Shown here in pieces: positions 38,850 to 51,295 of a DNA stretch of 64,000 nucleotides (the first letter of the stretch is position 1; each line of letters begins with the position of its first letter). The DNA is from Mobula hypostoma (lineage: Eukaryota). The translations under genes were made by a program, and so were the position numbers. Location: the NCBI RefSeq assembly GCF_963921235.1, contig NC_086097.1, forward strand, positions 59,212,001 through 59,276,000, read 5' to 3'. The notes below the pieces were generated by a model, which worked only from the letters and a program-made list of their open reading frames with translations, was not told the origin of the DNA and did not search any database.

Positions 38850-39244
38850 ACACAAACCAATCTTCCGTCCTTGGACTCACTTTACACCGCACGCTGTTGG
38901 AGCAGTGCTGCCAGGATAATCAAGGACACGACCCACCCAGCCAACACACTTTTCATCCCTTTTCCCTCCGGGAGAAGGCTCAGGAGCTTGAAGACTCGTA
39001 CGGCCAGATTTGGAAACAGCTTCTTTCCAACTGTGGCAAGACTGCTGAACGGATCCTGACCTGGATCTGGGCCGTACCCTCCAAAAATCCGGACCTGCCT
39101 CTCGGTTTTTTTGCACTACCTTACTTTCCATTTTTCTATTTTCTATTTATGATTTATATGAGGAGCGGGACCGCAGAATCAAATATCGCTGTGATGATTT
39201 ACGTTCTAGTATCAATTGTTTGGTGATAGTAAAGTATAAAGTAC
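38850..39244 (+). mobile_element. Rex1/Babar LINE 3' end
   Basis: IIKDTTHPANTLF.PFPSGRRLRSLKTRTARFGNSFFPT; tail agtaaagtataaagta. Confidence 0.88.
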
Positions 39245-40845
39245 TTCTAAAATATACATTTGGGGGACATGCCGATTGTATAACAGGTATCTGATGCCAC
39301 TAATTATGAACAAATTTGTTAGGTGATAGAGGGTAGCAGTATGTAACTGCAGGCAACAATATGATGTAAACATTGGATTGATTTGACATTTTATTTTAGT
39401 ACTTTTAACTTTACTTAATATAGTCTGAGAACTTCAATTGTTTGGTCGTAATACAACTTCCATATCTAATTAAATACATGATGTTATTTGGAATGTCAAC
39501 TAGGATTTTGATAAATTAGGTTTCCTTTCTTCTTGTCCAAAAAAAATATACATTGTAAATACGTCCACCAAAAGTATGTTACCCTGTTAATCCTTTGCCA
39601 AAAAAACTGAAACAAGAATGATATTGACCAAAGTAACAGCCATGTTCTCTGTCATGATAATTCTCTAGTAAAATTACTCTATTGCTATATAGTAGATACC
39701 CTTGCACAGGGATCAATAACAATTGCAATATTTTGAACATGTATTTCTTGTCTGGCTTTCTGATCATCAGCAGCCATTACCCTTCTATTGCTACTTAACC
39801 AAACAAATTGAAATAATCTACCTGTCAATCAAGTTATTTCTGCTTTAATTACTGTGTAAAAAGGTAATGCATAATTGCTCAAATAAAGGCATTCATTACA
39901 TGCTGAACTGATTTTAGATAGTTTACTTTTAATTGTTATAATGGGATAATAATCTGAAATTTCAGTAAAGTTCTAATTGATTTATTCAGTGTGTGTGATG
40001 TGTATCATCAGTTATTATCATTTAGGGATTCTTCATGTTGAATATTTAATATAGAAGTGAGAAAATTAAGGACAATATTTCAATGCAAGGTGTAACTTCA
40101 ACTGAGGCCTGGTACTACTCAGAGCATTGTTATATTAAAACATTTATGATGCTGCTAACTACGACGAATATAAAGCAGATATCAGCTGACATTTAAATAA
40201 CAAAGGCTTCTTCAAATGCATTTCAGATGTGTCAATGACACAACTAGTTATAGAATACAGCTTCATATCATATTATCTTAAATGCATTTCATGTTTAATG
40301 TATTGGATTTTCAATCAAACTGTTAAATGTCAGCAGAAAACAAATTTAAATTGAAAACAATATTTCTCTTTAATATTCATATAAGTTATGGTTAAAGGTT
40401 TTGGGCAGAGGTGAAAAATATACAATACAAATGGTAGTGTTTCACCATTTGCCTTTCCCTTTTGTATGAGAAAGTTTCCTAACTATCCCATTTCCAGGGT
40501 TCCACAAATATATTTCATTATTTCTGGCCAGAGAGAAACAGGCAGAGCAAGCATATGCCTTTGTGAAGGTTCCCTAAGAGGCAACTTGTGCTTTAGTCTG
40601 TTTCTAGGAGTCTTTTGTGAATAGGAGGCCTGCATTAGACCACAAGTGTGAGGTGGTGCAGCTGCTTGAGACGGGGAGTGGTCAGTGAGAGACCCTGGTG
40701 TGAATGATTATTGACAGTCTCATGGGTTTGAAGAGATGTGACACCATATTCCTGGGTGGAGTGTTCTGCCAGATACTTGCTTCACTAGTTTTAAAGTATA
40801 TTACATTGAAAAGCGCACCAAGATTTATTTCCCCCAGTATTGTAC

Positions 40846-41300
40846 CAAAGTAAACTTGTTATCAAAGTACATGTATGTCGCCATCTATAACCCTGACATT
40901 CATTTCCTTCTGGGTATATTCAATAAGTACATAGAATAATAACCAAACACAAGGAATTCTGCAGATACTGGAAATTCAAGCAACACACATCAAAGTTGTT
41001 GGTGAACACAGCAGGCCAGGCAGCATCTCTAGGAAGAGGGACAGTCGACGTTTCAGGCCAAGACCCTTCGTCTGTCCTGACGAAGGGTCGGCCTGAAACA
41101 TCGACTGTACCTCTTCCTAGCGATGCTGCCTGGCCTGTTGCGTTCACCAGCAACTTTGATGTGTGTTGCTTGAATAATAACCATAACAGATTCAATTAAA
41201 GACCACAGCAACTTGGGCATTCAACCATTCTGCAGAAGACAACAAACTGTGCAAATACATAAAGAATGAAATAATAATGATAAATAATCAATAAAGATTT
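40846..41300 (-). mobile_element. Rex1-type 3' tail hosting a PLE fold-back insertion
   Basis: caaagtaaacttgttatcaaagtacatg..accctgacattc, homologous to 54580 and 63640 tails. Confidence 0.7.
40946..41171. mobile_element. PLE-pLTR fold-back insertion with two opposed hammerhead motifs
   Basis: 12-bp TSD gaataataacca (40934-40945 / 41172-41183); ~100-bp inverted arms; + strand CTGACGA 41077-41083 ..GAAACATC GACTG; - strand GACGA AGGGTCTTGGCCT GAAACGTC GACTG. Confidence 0.9.
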
Positions 41301-41719
41301 AAGAAGTATACTTAGAAGTACAATTGCCTGCAGCCCACAGAACATCACTGTGGTTCACTGGCGCCATTGTAATAAGTACCGTTTGTATTGTAAAACATTC
41401 GGCAGAATATAAGCAGAAGATAAAAATTGACGTTGAGCAAAAGCACAAATACTCTGTTCAATGTAACATGTAATATATACTGTATACTATCAGTTGTTAA
41501 TGATCACTGCCATTGATTGTACTGTTTTAAGGACTGTGCCATATACTTAATTGCTCCCTGTGCTGTTGCACGACTTCAGACATAGAAGGTCTCAGTGCCT
41601 GTCTCTTTGTGTGGAACAAGTCACAACAGGAAAGGTTGTGTGATACTGCAAGGTTTTTTTCTACATTTTCTAAAGTATTGTACCTTGATCAAAGGGCCTG
41701 TGCCTATCATGAGCAATGC

Positions 41720-43300
41720 GATTCAATCTGAAGAGTATAAGATGGAATAAACAAAGGCATCTGACCAAATTGATCTACAGGCAAGTAAACTTGGAGACAA
41801 TGGAGGGAAGAGTTCATACAGTATATTGGGCAGACTGAAGTTATTATTATATCTCAGGGGTTATGAAGATTGGAACCATATCATAATGTCCTCAAATGAG
41901 ACACTAGAAAATACATTTGATGCTTTATGTGCCCATTACAACTTCCTGAAAAATCAAAGGGTTGCCAATTACCAGTTCTTTCCTCACAACCAGGAGCAAA
42001 ATGAAGCCTATGAAACTGCTGAAATGAACCAAGATTTTTTGCCGATTACTGCAATTTTGCAGAATCAAAAGGCTCACTGAGTAAAGAGCAAATTAGTTGT
42101 GTAATTCAGAAGTTCAGCCAGAGAAACAGCTAATGCAAGGAAGATAGTTCACAGGAGAAAGATGCTTCCAATGTGCCAAGATGTAGGGTTATCCGAAGCC
42201 AGCACTGGATGGAACAACAGGAAGTATAGGGTGTGATGAACATGATGAAAAGCAGGAAACAGAAAGCTCAGCCTAGGTTGGTTAAATATTTCAAGTTCTG
42301 TGTGAATGGTTGAAAAAGAAATGCCCTGCTTACAGAGAAGGTTGTATGATTTGAACAGGAAAGTCATTTTTACAATTGGTGCGTAAGGGAATGGGCATTA
42401 CAAGACCACAGTGGGAATGACAGGTCCTGCAGGATCAGAGACTAGGATTGATTCAGATTCCTAAGAAAGATTAATTCTATGAAAGGAACTCCCACTAGAT
42501 ATACAGTATCTACTCACTATACTGGTGTACGAGCAACCAGTGACATTTCTGCTTGGCTCAGTAGCAACATGTCACGTCCCCTGAACAAAGTCATCAGCCT
42601 CAAGGCAGAATAGTTAAAACGAACAAATCATCTGCTGTTAACAATTCTGCACTAAAGGTTCTCTCTGGTGAACCCTAAGTATGAGGAAAGCCATAGAGAT
42701 GCCACAGCTATACATAGAAGTAGTGCTGCTCTGCAGATAGGTTTGATAAAGCTACAACCTGGCAGGATTGCAAGGATGGTTACAAAGCAAGCAATCACTT
42801 GAGCTGTGCAATATACTGATGAATATGCAGATGTGTTTCATGGGAGAGTAAACCAGAAGCATAAAGAATTGATTGGAAGTCAAGCAGTGGTGGCTCCAAT
42901 CAGTCAGGCACACAACTACAGCAACGATGCTAAAAATCTGCCTTGGCCATAAAATTCAAAATGCAGTAAGGATGAATCCCACACCAGACAAAACTACAGA
43001 TAATGAAAATGGCAGTGCTGCATTCGATCACAGCCCAGGTCAACCAAGAAGATGGAACATGAGGACAATCGCACCTGGAGGAGCAGGAGTATTTCCAGTC
43101 AGATTACCAAAAAGATTTGATTGACAGTAGCAAGTTTGAATATAGCAGAGGATGTACAACAGACTGTGCAGAGTAGAAATATAACAGCCCAGAAGGAAGT
43201 CCCTGGAGAACTGCAACTGATTAGGTCCAGTTGACCATTCATCAGCCTAAACATTAGGAAGACTTTATGCCAAAGTGAAAAGTTATTTTGGACATTTGAA
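41720..43300 (+). mobile_element. Highly decayed Gypsy LTR retrotransposon internal region (gag-protease remnants)
   Basis: ENTFDALCAHYNFLKNQRVANYQFFPHNQEQNE (gag-like); VTFLLGSVATC near 42540 (F.LDSGATC-like); EYADVF. Confidence 0.6.
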
Positions 43301-43494
43301 TTTTTCCTTTCCATTATTAAAAAGCTGTAGCATCTATTGTTAACAATTATTGCTGTTTAAAGGTTCCACTTTAGGATTGCTTCATGTGACTAGCTGTTCT
43401 ATGTTTTGCACTATATTTGATGTGTAAAGTTATTGATCAGTCTACCTCTGTGAAGAATATCATATTAGGAATATAATGTCTTGTCTCCCTTTCT

Positions 43495-44402
43495 CTTCAC
43501 CATTTACACCTCGGACTTCAACTACTGCACAGAGTCTTGTCATCTTCAGAAGATTTCAGGTGACTCTGCCATAGTTGGATGCATCAGCAAGGGAGATGAG
43601 GCTGAGTACAGGGCTACGGTAGGAAACTTTGTCACGTGGTGTGAGCAGAATTATCTGTAGCTTAATGTGAGAAAGACTAAGGAGCTGGTGGTAGACCTGA
43701 GGAGAGCTAAGGTACCGGTGACCCCTGTTTCCATCCAGGGGGTCAGTGTGGACATGGTGGAGGATTACAAATACCTGGGGATATGAATTGACAATAAACT
43801 GGACTGGTCAAAGAACACTGAGGCTGTCTACAAGAAGGGTCAGAGCCGTCTCTATTTCCTGAGGAGACTGAGGTCCTTTAACATCTGCCAGACGATGCTG
43901 AGGATGTTCTATGAGTCTGCGGTGGCCAGTGCTATCATGTTTGCTGTTGTGTGCTGGGGCAGCAGGCTGAGGGTAACAGACACCAACAGAATCAACAAAC
44001 TCATTCGTAAGGCCAGTGATGTTGTGGGGATGGAACTGGACTCTCTCACGGTGGTGTCTGAAAAGAGGATGCTGTCTAAGTTGCATGCCATCTTGGTCAA
44101 TGTCTCCCATCCACTACATAATGTACTGGTTGGGCACAGGAGTACATTCAGCCAGAGACTCATTCCAGCGAGATGTAGCACAGAGCGGCATAGGAAGTCA
44201 TTCCTGCCTGTGGCCATCAAACTATACAACTCCTCCCTTGGAGGGTCAGACACCCTGAGCCAATAGGCTGGTCCTGGACTTATTTCATAATTTACATATT
44301 ACTATCTAACTATTTATGGTTCTATTACTATTTATTATTTATGGTGCAACTGTAATGAAAACCAATTTCCCCCGGGATCAATAAAGTATGACTATGACTA
44401 TG
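43495..44402 (+). mobile_element. Rex1/Babar LINE, RT 3' half, relatively young
   Basis: LFTIYTSDF, YKYLG, RLYFLRRLRSF, ORF 43895-44266 (SFLPVAIKLYN); tail aataaagtatgactatgactatg. Confidence 0.9.
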
Positions 44403-45400
44403 GGATATATGGGTGTTACTCTGATTGGCAATCATGATATACATTAATGATATGGAAGAGGGGACTGAGTGTAGTGTATCTAGGTTTGCTGATGATATTA
44501 AATTGAGTGGAAAAGCAAATTTTGCAGAAGATACGGAGAATCTGAAAAGAGATATAGATAGGTTAAGTGAGTGGGCATGGGTCTGGCAGATGGAGTGTAA
44601 TGTTGGTAAATGCGAGGTCATCTATCTTGGAAGGAAAATGAAAGAGCAGATTATTACTTAAATGGTAAATAAATTGCAGCATGCTGCTATGCAGAGGGAC
44701 TTGGGTGTGCTTCTGCATGAATCACAGAAGGTTAGTTTGCAGGTGCAGCAGGCTATCAAGAAGGCAAATGGAATGTTGATCTTCATTGCTAGAGGGATTG
44801 AATTTAAGAGCAGGGAGGTTATGCTGCTACTGTACAGGGTACTGGTGGGGTCGCACCTGGAGTACTGTGTGCGGTTCTGTTCTGATATACTGGCTTTGGA
44901 AGTGGTGCAGTGGAGATTCACCAGGTTGATTCCAGAGACGAGGGGGTTAGACTATGAGGAGAGATTGAGTTGCCTGGGACTGTACTCGCTGGAATTCAGA
45001 AAAATGAGAGAAGATCTTATAGAAACATATAAAATTATGAAAGGGATAGATAAGATAGAAGCAGGAATGTTGTTTCCACTGGTAGGTGAGACTAGAACTA
45101 GGGGACATAGCCTCAAGGTTCATGGGAGTAGATTTAGGGTGGAGCTGAGGAAGAACTGCTTTTCCCAGATGTTGGTGAATCTGTGGAATTCTCCGCCCAA
45201 TAAAGCCGTGGAGGCTATCTCAGCAAATACATTTAAGACAAGGTTGGATAGATTTTTGCATAGTAGAAACTTAAAGATTATGGGGAAAAGGCAGTAGGCG
45301 GAGATGAGTCCATGGTCAGATCAGCCATTATCTTATTGAATGACGGAGCAGGCTCGACGCGCCAGATGGACTACTCCTGCTCCTGTTTCTTATGTTCTTC
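44403..45400 (+). mobile_element. CR1 LINE RT C-terminus plus 3' UTR
   Basis: YINDMEEG..FADD; ORF 44662-45297 (HLEYCVRF..YEERLSCLGLYSLE); tail tcctgtttcttatgttctt. Confidence 0.9.
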
Positions 45401-46177
45401 TGGAACAGGTGTGCTGACATTATATGTTTTATTTAATAACTTTTCCCTCTAGATAGAATTGCCTTGAATGGGAAGATACTGACGTATTTTAAGTCTCAGT
45501 GACTCTTGTTTATCCAATCCTAATATCAATTTCACAGGTTTTGAAAAGAAATCTCACAAAAAAATGTTTCAATCATAGAGATGGCCCCTAATGAATGGTT
45601 TAGCTTGTATCCCACGGCAAATCAGTTTAACTGTTGTGAACACATGAACAAAGGTGACCAGCAACCCAGAAATTAAACAATGGAACTGTCAATGTGATAT
45701 CTATCTGCAAAATACCAGATTTGAAATGGATGATGAAATATGCAGAGTGCCTCAAGGACAGTAATGCTGCATCTCGCTCATACAGCTATTTTTGTTTCTC
45801 AGTCTCAGTTCTCATGCAAAGAATAGATCATCATGTGACTGCATTGTTTCAACGCTGTAACCTGCTCTTTTGATTGATGACTGCTGTTCATTTGCAAAAG
45901 CATTTAAGTGTGTCATTTTACAGAAATAAAAAAAAATGAGTTTTGGGAATTCATAGTATCTTAATACAACATAACATTGAAAGTATGTCTGTGTGCTTAA
46001 ATAAATGGTAGGTTCGAGATGTGAGGTTTCAGCCCTTTTAAGGGCACTGCACTGCTTTGGGTGTATCATACTTCAATTTAGCATGTCTTAAATTAAAAAG
46101 ATAAAAAAACAGAAATTTTCCTGTATTGCACCTAAAATCTATCACATAAGACTCAGGATTCCTGTCTAAGTTAGACT

Positions 46178-49100
46178 GTAAGCCCATAGGACATAGGAGC
46201 AGAATTAGGCCATTTGGCCCACTGAGACTCCTCTGCCATTCAATCATGGCTGATCCTTTCTTCACCTCCTCAGTCCCACTCCCCAGCCTTCTCCTGTAAC
46301 CATTAATGCCATATCCATCAAGAACCTATCAATCTCTGCTTTAAATACATCAAACAACCTGGCTTCCACAGCTGCCTGTGGTAACAAATGCCACAAATTC
46401 ACCACCCTTTGGCGAAAGAAATTTCTCCTCATCTCTGTTTTAAATGGACGCTCCTCTATCCTGAGGCGGTGCTCTCTTGTCCTAGACTCTCCCACCATGG
46501 GAAACATTCTTTCCACATATATTCTGTCTAGGCCTTTCAACATTCAAAAGTTTTCAATGAGATCCCCACCTCATCCTTCTGAATTCCAGCAAGTGCAGAC
46601 CCAGAGCCATCAAACGTTCCTCGCATGATAACCCTTTCGTTCCTGGAGTCATCCTTGTGAACCTCCTTTGGACCCTCTCCACTGCCGACGCATCTTTTCT
46701 TAGATGAGGAACCCAAAACTGTTTACAATACTCAAGATGAGGCCTCATCAGTGTCTTATAAAGCCTCAGCATCACAACCTGCTTTCGTATTCTAGATCTC
46801 TTGAAATGAATGCTTACATTGCATTTGCCTTCCTCACCACTGAATGTACCTGCAAGTTAACCCTTAGGGTGTTCTGCGCAAGGACTCCCAAGACCCTTTG
46901 CATCTCAGATTTTTGGATTTTCTCCTCTTTTAGAAAATAGTTTTCACACTTATTTCTGCTACTAAAGTGCACGGCCATGCATTTTCCAACATTGAATTTC
47001 AAGCAACACACATAAAAGTTGCTGGTGAACACAGCAGGCCAGGCAGTATCATTGATGCTGCCTGATGCTGCCTGGCCTGCTGCGTTCATCAGCAAGTTTT
47101 ATGTGTGTTGCTTGAAATTCCAGCATCTGCAGATTTCCTCGTGATTGTATTTCATTTACCACTTTTTGCCCATTCTCCTAATCTGCCTAAGTCCTTCTGC
47201 AGCCTGTCTGTTTCCTCACCACTACCTGCCCCTCCACCAATCTTCGCATCATCTGCTAACTTGGAAACAAAGCCGTCTATTCCATCATCTAAGTCGTTGA
47301 TATACAAGATAAAAAGAAGTGATCCCAACACCGCCCCTGTGGAACACTACTAGCCATTAGCAGACAACCAGAAAAGGATCCTTTTATTCACATTCACTGT
47401 CTCCTACCAATCAGCCAATGCTCTAACTATGCTAGTAACTCTCTTGTAATACCATGGCTCCTAACTTTGTAAGCAGCCCCATCTGTCGCACCTTGTCAAA
47501 AGCCATTTGGAAGTCCAAATATACAAATTCCACTGTATCCCCTTTATCTATCCTACTTGTAATCTCCTCAAAGAATTCCAACAGGTTCATCAGGCAAGAT
47601 TTTCCTTTAAGGAAACCATGCTGACTTTGTCCTATCTTGACCTGTCTCACCAAGTACTCCATAACCTCATCCTTAATATCTTCCCAACCCCTGAGTTCAG
47701 GCTAACTGGTCTATAATTTCCTTTCTGCAGCCTTCCTCCTTTCTTAAAGAATGGTGTGACATTTTCAATTTTCTGGCTCTCTGACTACATGCCAGAGTCC
47801 AATGATTTCTGAAAGATCATTACCAATGCTTGCACAATCTCTACCGCTACCTCATTCAGAACGCTAGGGGCAGTTCAAATGGTCCATGTGACTTATGTAC
47901 CCGTAGGTCTTTCAGCTTTTTTAGTACCTTCTCCCTTGTAATAGGAACTGTACTCACTTCTCTTCCCTTACACATTTCAACATCTGCCGCACTGCTAGTG
48001 TCTTCCACTGTGAAGACTGATGCAAAATACTCATTTTTAAATGCTTGAAAAAGCTTTTTCTATCTACCTTGATACTGTTTGCCAACTTGATTTCATGTTT
48101 TGTCTTTTCCCTCCTAATAGTTCTTTTAGTAGGCTTTTAAAAGCTTCCCAGTCCTCTATCTTCCTACTAATTTTTGTTTTGTTGTATACCCTCTCTTTTG
48201 CTTTTACGTTAGCTTTGACTTTCCTTGTCAGCCACAATTGTACTGTTTTGCCATTTGAGTATTTCTTCATTTTTGGAATACATCCATTCTGTACCTTCTT
48301 TATTTATCCCAGAAACTCACGCCATTGCTGCTCTGCTGTCATCCCTGCCAGCTTCTCCTTCCAATTTGCTTTGGCCAACTCCTCGCTCATATCACTGTAA
48401 TTTGCTTTTCTCCACTGCAATACTGCTATGTCAGGCATTACCTTCTTCCTATCAAATTTAGGTTGAACTTATTCGTATTGTGATCACTGTCTCTGAAGGG
48501 ATCTTTCACCTTATGCTCCCTAATCACCTCCAGTTCTTTGCATAACTCTCAATTCAATATAGCTGATCTTCTAGTAGGCTGAATGACATACTGCTCTAAA
48601 AAGCCATCTTGTAGGCATTCAACACTCCCTTGAGATCCATTTCCAACCTGATCTTTCCAATCAGCATGCATGTTCAAATCTCTCATGACGATCATAACAT
48701 TGCCTTTTTGACACATCTTTTTTATATCCCATTTTAATCTGTGGTCCACATCCAAGATACTGTTGTGAGCCCTGTATATAACTGCCACCAGAGTCCTTTT
48801 ACCCTTGCAGTTTCTTAACTCAACACACTAGGATTCAACATCTCCTCATCCTATGTCACATCTTTCTACTGATTTGATGCCATTCTTTACCAGCAGAGCC
48901 ACACCACATCCTCTGCTGAACTTCCTCTGCCTCCTATACAACATGTAACCTTGGACAATCAGCTCCCAACTACAACCATCCTTCAGCCATGATTCAGTGA
49001 TATCCATAACATCATACTTGACAATCTGTAATAGTGCAACAAGATCATCCACCTTGTTTCTTATACTCCCCCGTGCATTGAGATATAACACTTTGAGTGC

Positions 49101-49437
49101 TGTATTTGCTACCTCTTTTGATTCTGCATCCCTAATGCACTGATACTCACCCTGATGGCTGCAATTTTGTCCTATCATCTGCCTGCCTTTCCTGGCAGTC
49201 TGCCTGCATGCAATCTTTACTGTTTAACTATCTGTTCTATCCTGAGGCCCTTCATTCTGGTTTCGTTCCCACTGCCAAAGTAGATTAAACCTCCCCAAAA
49301 GCTCTAAAAATCCTGCCCACGAGAATATTGGTCCCCCTAGGGTTCAGGAGCAACCCGTCCCTTTTGTACATGTCATACCTCCCCCAAACGAGATCCCAAT
49401 GATCCAAGTACCTGAAGCCCTGCTTCCTGAATCAGCT
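46178..49437 (-). mobile_element. Long CR1 LINE (ORF1 end, EN, RT, 3' UTR) with internal deletions
   Basis: LYLNARG..ITESWL (48846-49178), QHGFLKGKSCL..YLDFQMAFD (47432-47662), LMRPHLEYC (46554-46775), FFRQRVVNLW (46262-46543). Confidence 0.9.
46995..47143 (+). mobile_element. PLE-pLTR fold-back insertion inside CR1
   Basis: attg duplicated at 46991-46994 / 47144-47147; ~52-bp inverted arms 46994-47046 / 47069-47120; full 3' end ccagcatctgcagatttcctcgtg. Confidence 0.87.
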
Positions 49438-50707
49438 TCTGGTAATCCCCAATATGAAATGCTGATTATATAGATCTATTGGCATATTTTTGGGAACTGG
49501 TATAATCTGATCAAATAGTATGAATGGCTGATCTAGGAGGTAAGCGACTAGCAATAACAACGACCAGTTATGATAAACTGTGCCAGTGGGGGATGTGGTT
49601 GCAATTTCTGACAGTGAAGAAATATACATAAAGATAAGCACCATAATTGTAAATATAATGCAATGGCAAAGCACATAATATTAATAGATTATATTTGCAT
49701 TCCAATTGCTAGACAAATAAAGCAGACAACTTGCACTCAGCAAGGGCCTGACAAAGAGGAAATGAATGATTTCTTATTGTTGTAGTGTGAATATTGAACA
49801 GGATATTTAGCTCCCCTGTGAATAATATCATAAAACCACAAATATAGTAACCTTTTATATCACTGAATTAAATCAATTGTGAATGTGCCTACTCTATGCC
49901 AGAGTAATGAAAAACTAATTCCACTGCCCTGCAATCCCCTCCCTAAGTTGTATCCACTTCTGTTGAAATATTTAAGAAATTTCTCATTAAAAGATGCAAG
50001 AAGCTCAGTGGCAAAAACATTCTATGTTGAAAAATTCCATGTGCAAAGGAATATCTTGCTGCCTCTCTCCTCAACACGGAGTTGTCAGATGCAGACAGCT
50101 GTAGTCAGTTATTCCTCAGTCAGCAGAAAGCATCTTTCTCTATAAAACTTATAATTTTCAAAAGAGCCAAAAGCCCCTTCTTAATCTTCTTTTCTCCGTA
50201 TGATAGTCCTTTCTTCAGAATTATATCTTATAGTTTCTGGTACCATCTTGGTGTATTCTAATACACTTAATAGTTCTAATGCCCACTCAATAACAGAGTA
50301 CTCTTTCAGTAGTTTATTTTGTCTTTCTATTACGTGTAGTTTATTGCTTCTTTATTATATTTGGTGTGTTTGTTCAATCCTAATTCTGTTAGATTAGTTT
50401 ATGTATTTAATTGCATTGTATTTCAATCAGTAGGTGTCTCTGTTAATCCTTTAGTATCTTTCCAATGGAGATGTATGCCCATCTGTTTACCTTTTCAATT
50501 GTGAAAATATTTGAGAAACAATGGAGAAGGCTACCTCATTATTTTAGTAAAATTATTATTGACTAGGTAGAGATGAGGGTCCATTTGGCTGAGATTTGGA
50601 GGGCAGTAGACAACATGACTGAAATGCTTAACAGCAACTCTGCATGGCTGCTGAAAACTTTCAATGCAGCACATCCACTTGAACCAATAAGAACAACACC
50701 CATATAG

Positions 50708-51295
50708 CATCAGAATCAGGTTTATTATCACTGGCATATGTGTCATGAAATTTCTTAACTTAGCAGCAGCAGTTCAATGCAACAGATAAAAATAATAACA
50801 AAATAATAACAATAATCAATCAATCAATTACAGTATATGTAAATTGAATAGATTAAAAATCGTGCAAAAACAGAAATAATATATATTAAGAAAGTTCATG
50901 GGTTCAATGTCCATTTAGGATTCGGATGGCAGAGGGAAGAAGCTGTTCTGGAATCGCTGAGTGTGTGCCTTCAGGCTTCTGTATCTCCTAACTGATGGTA
51001 ACAGTGAGAAAAGGGCATGTCCTGTGTGTTGGAGATCCTTAATAATGGATGCTGCCTTTCTGAGTCACCGCTCCCTAAAGATGTCCTGGCTACTTTGTAG
51101 GCTACTAACCAAGATGGAGCTGACTAAATTTATAACCCTCTGCAGCTTCTTTTGGTCCTGCACAGTAGACTCCCATCCCAGACAGTGATGCAGCCTGTCA
51201 GAATGCTATCTACGGTACATTTAAAGAAGTTCTTGAGTGTATTTGTTGACATACCAAATCTCTTCAAACTCCTAATGAAGTATAGTTGCTGTTTA
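50708..51295 (-). mobile_element. Rex1/Babar LINE 3' end
   Basis: catcagaatcaggtttatt tail; minus strand AASIIKDLQHTGHALFSLLPSVRRYRSLKAHTQRFQNSF. Confidence 0.87.

Noticed and set aside
40920..41199. Mirror ORFs on both strands (AGQAASLGRGTVDVSG)
   Set aside because: Consequence of the non-coding inverted repeat
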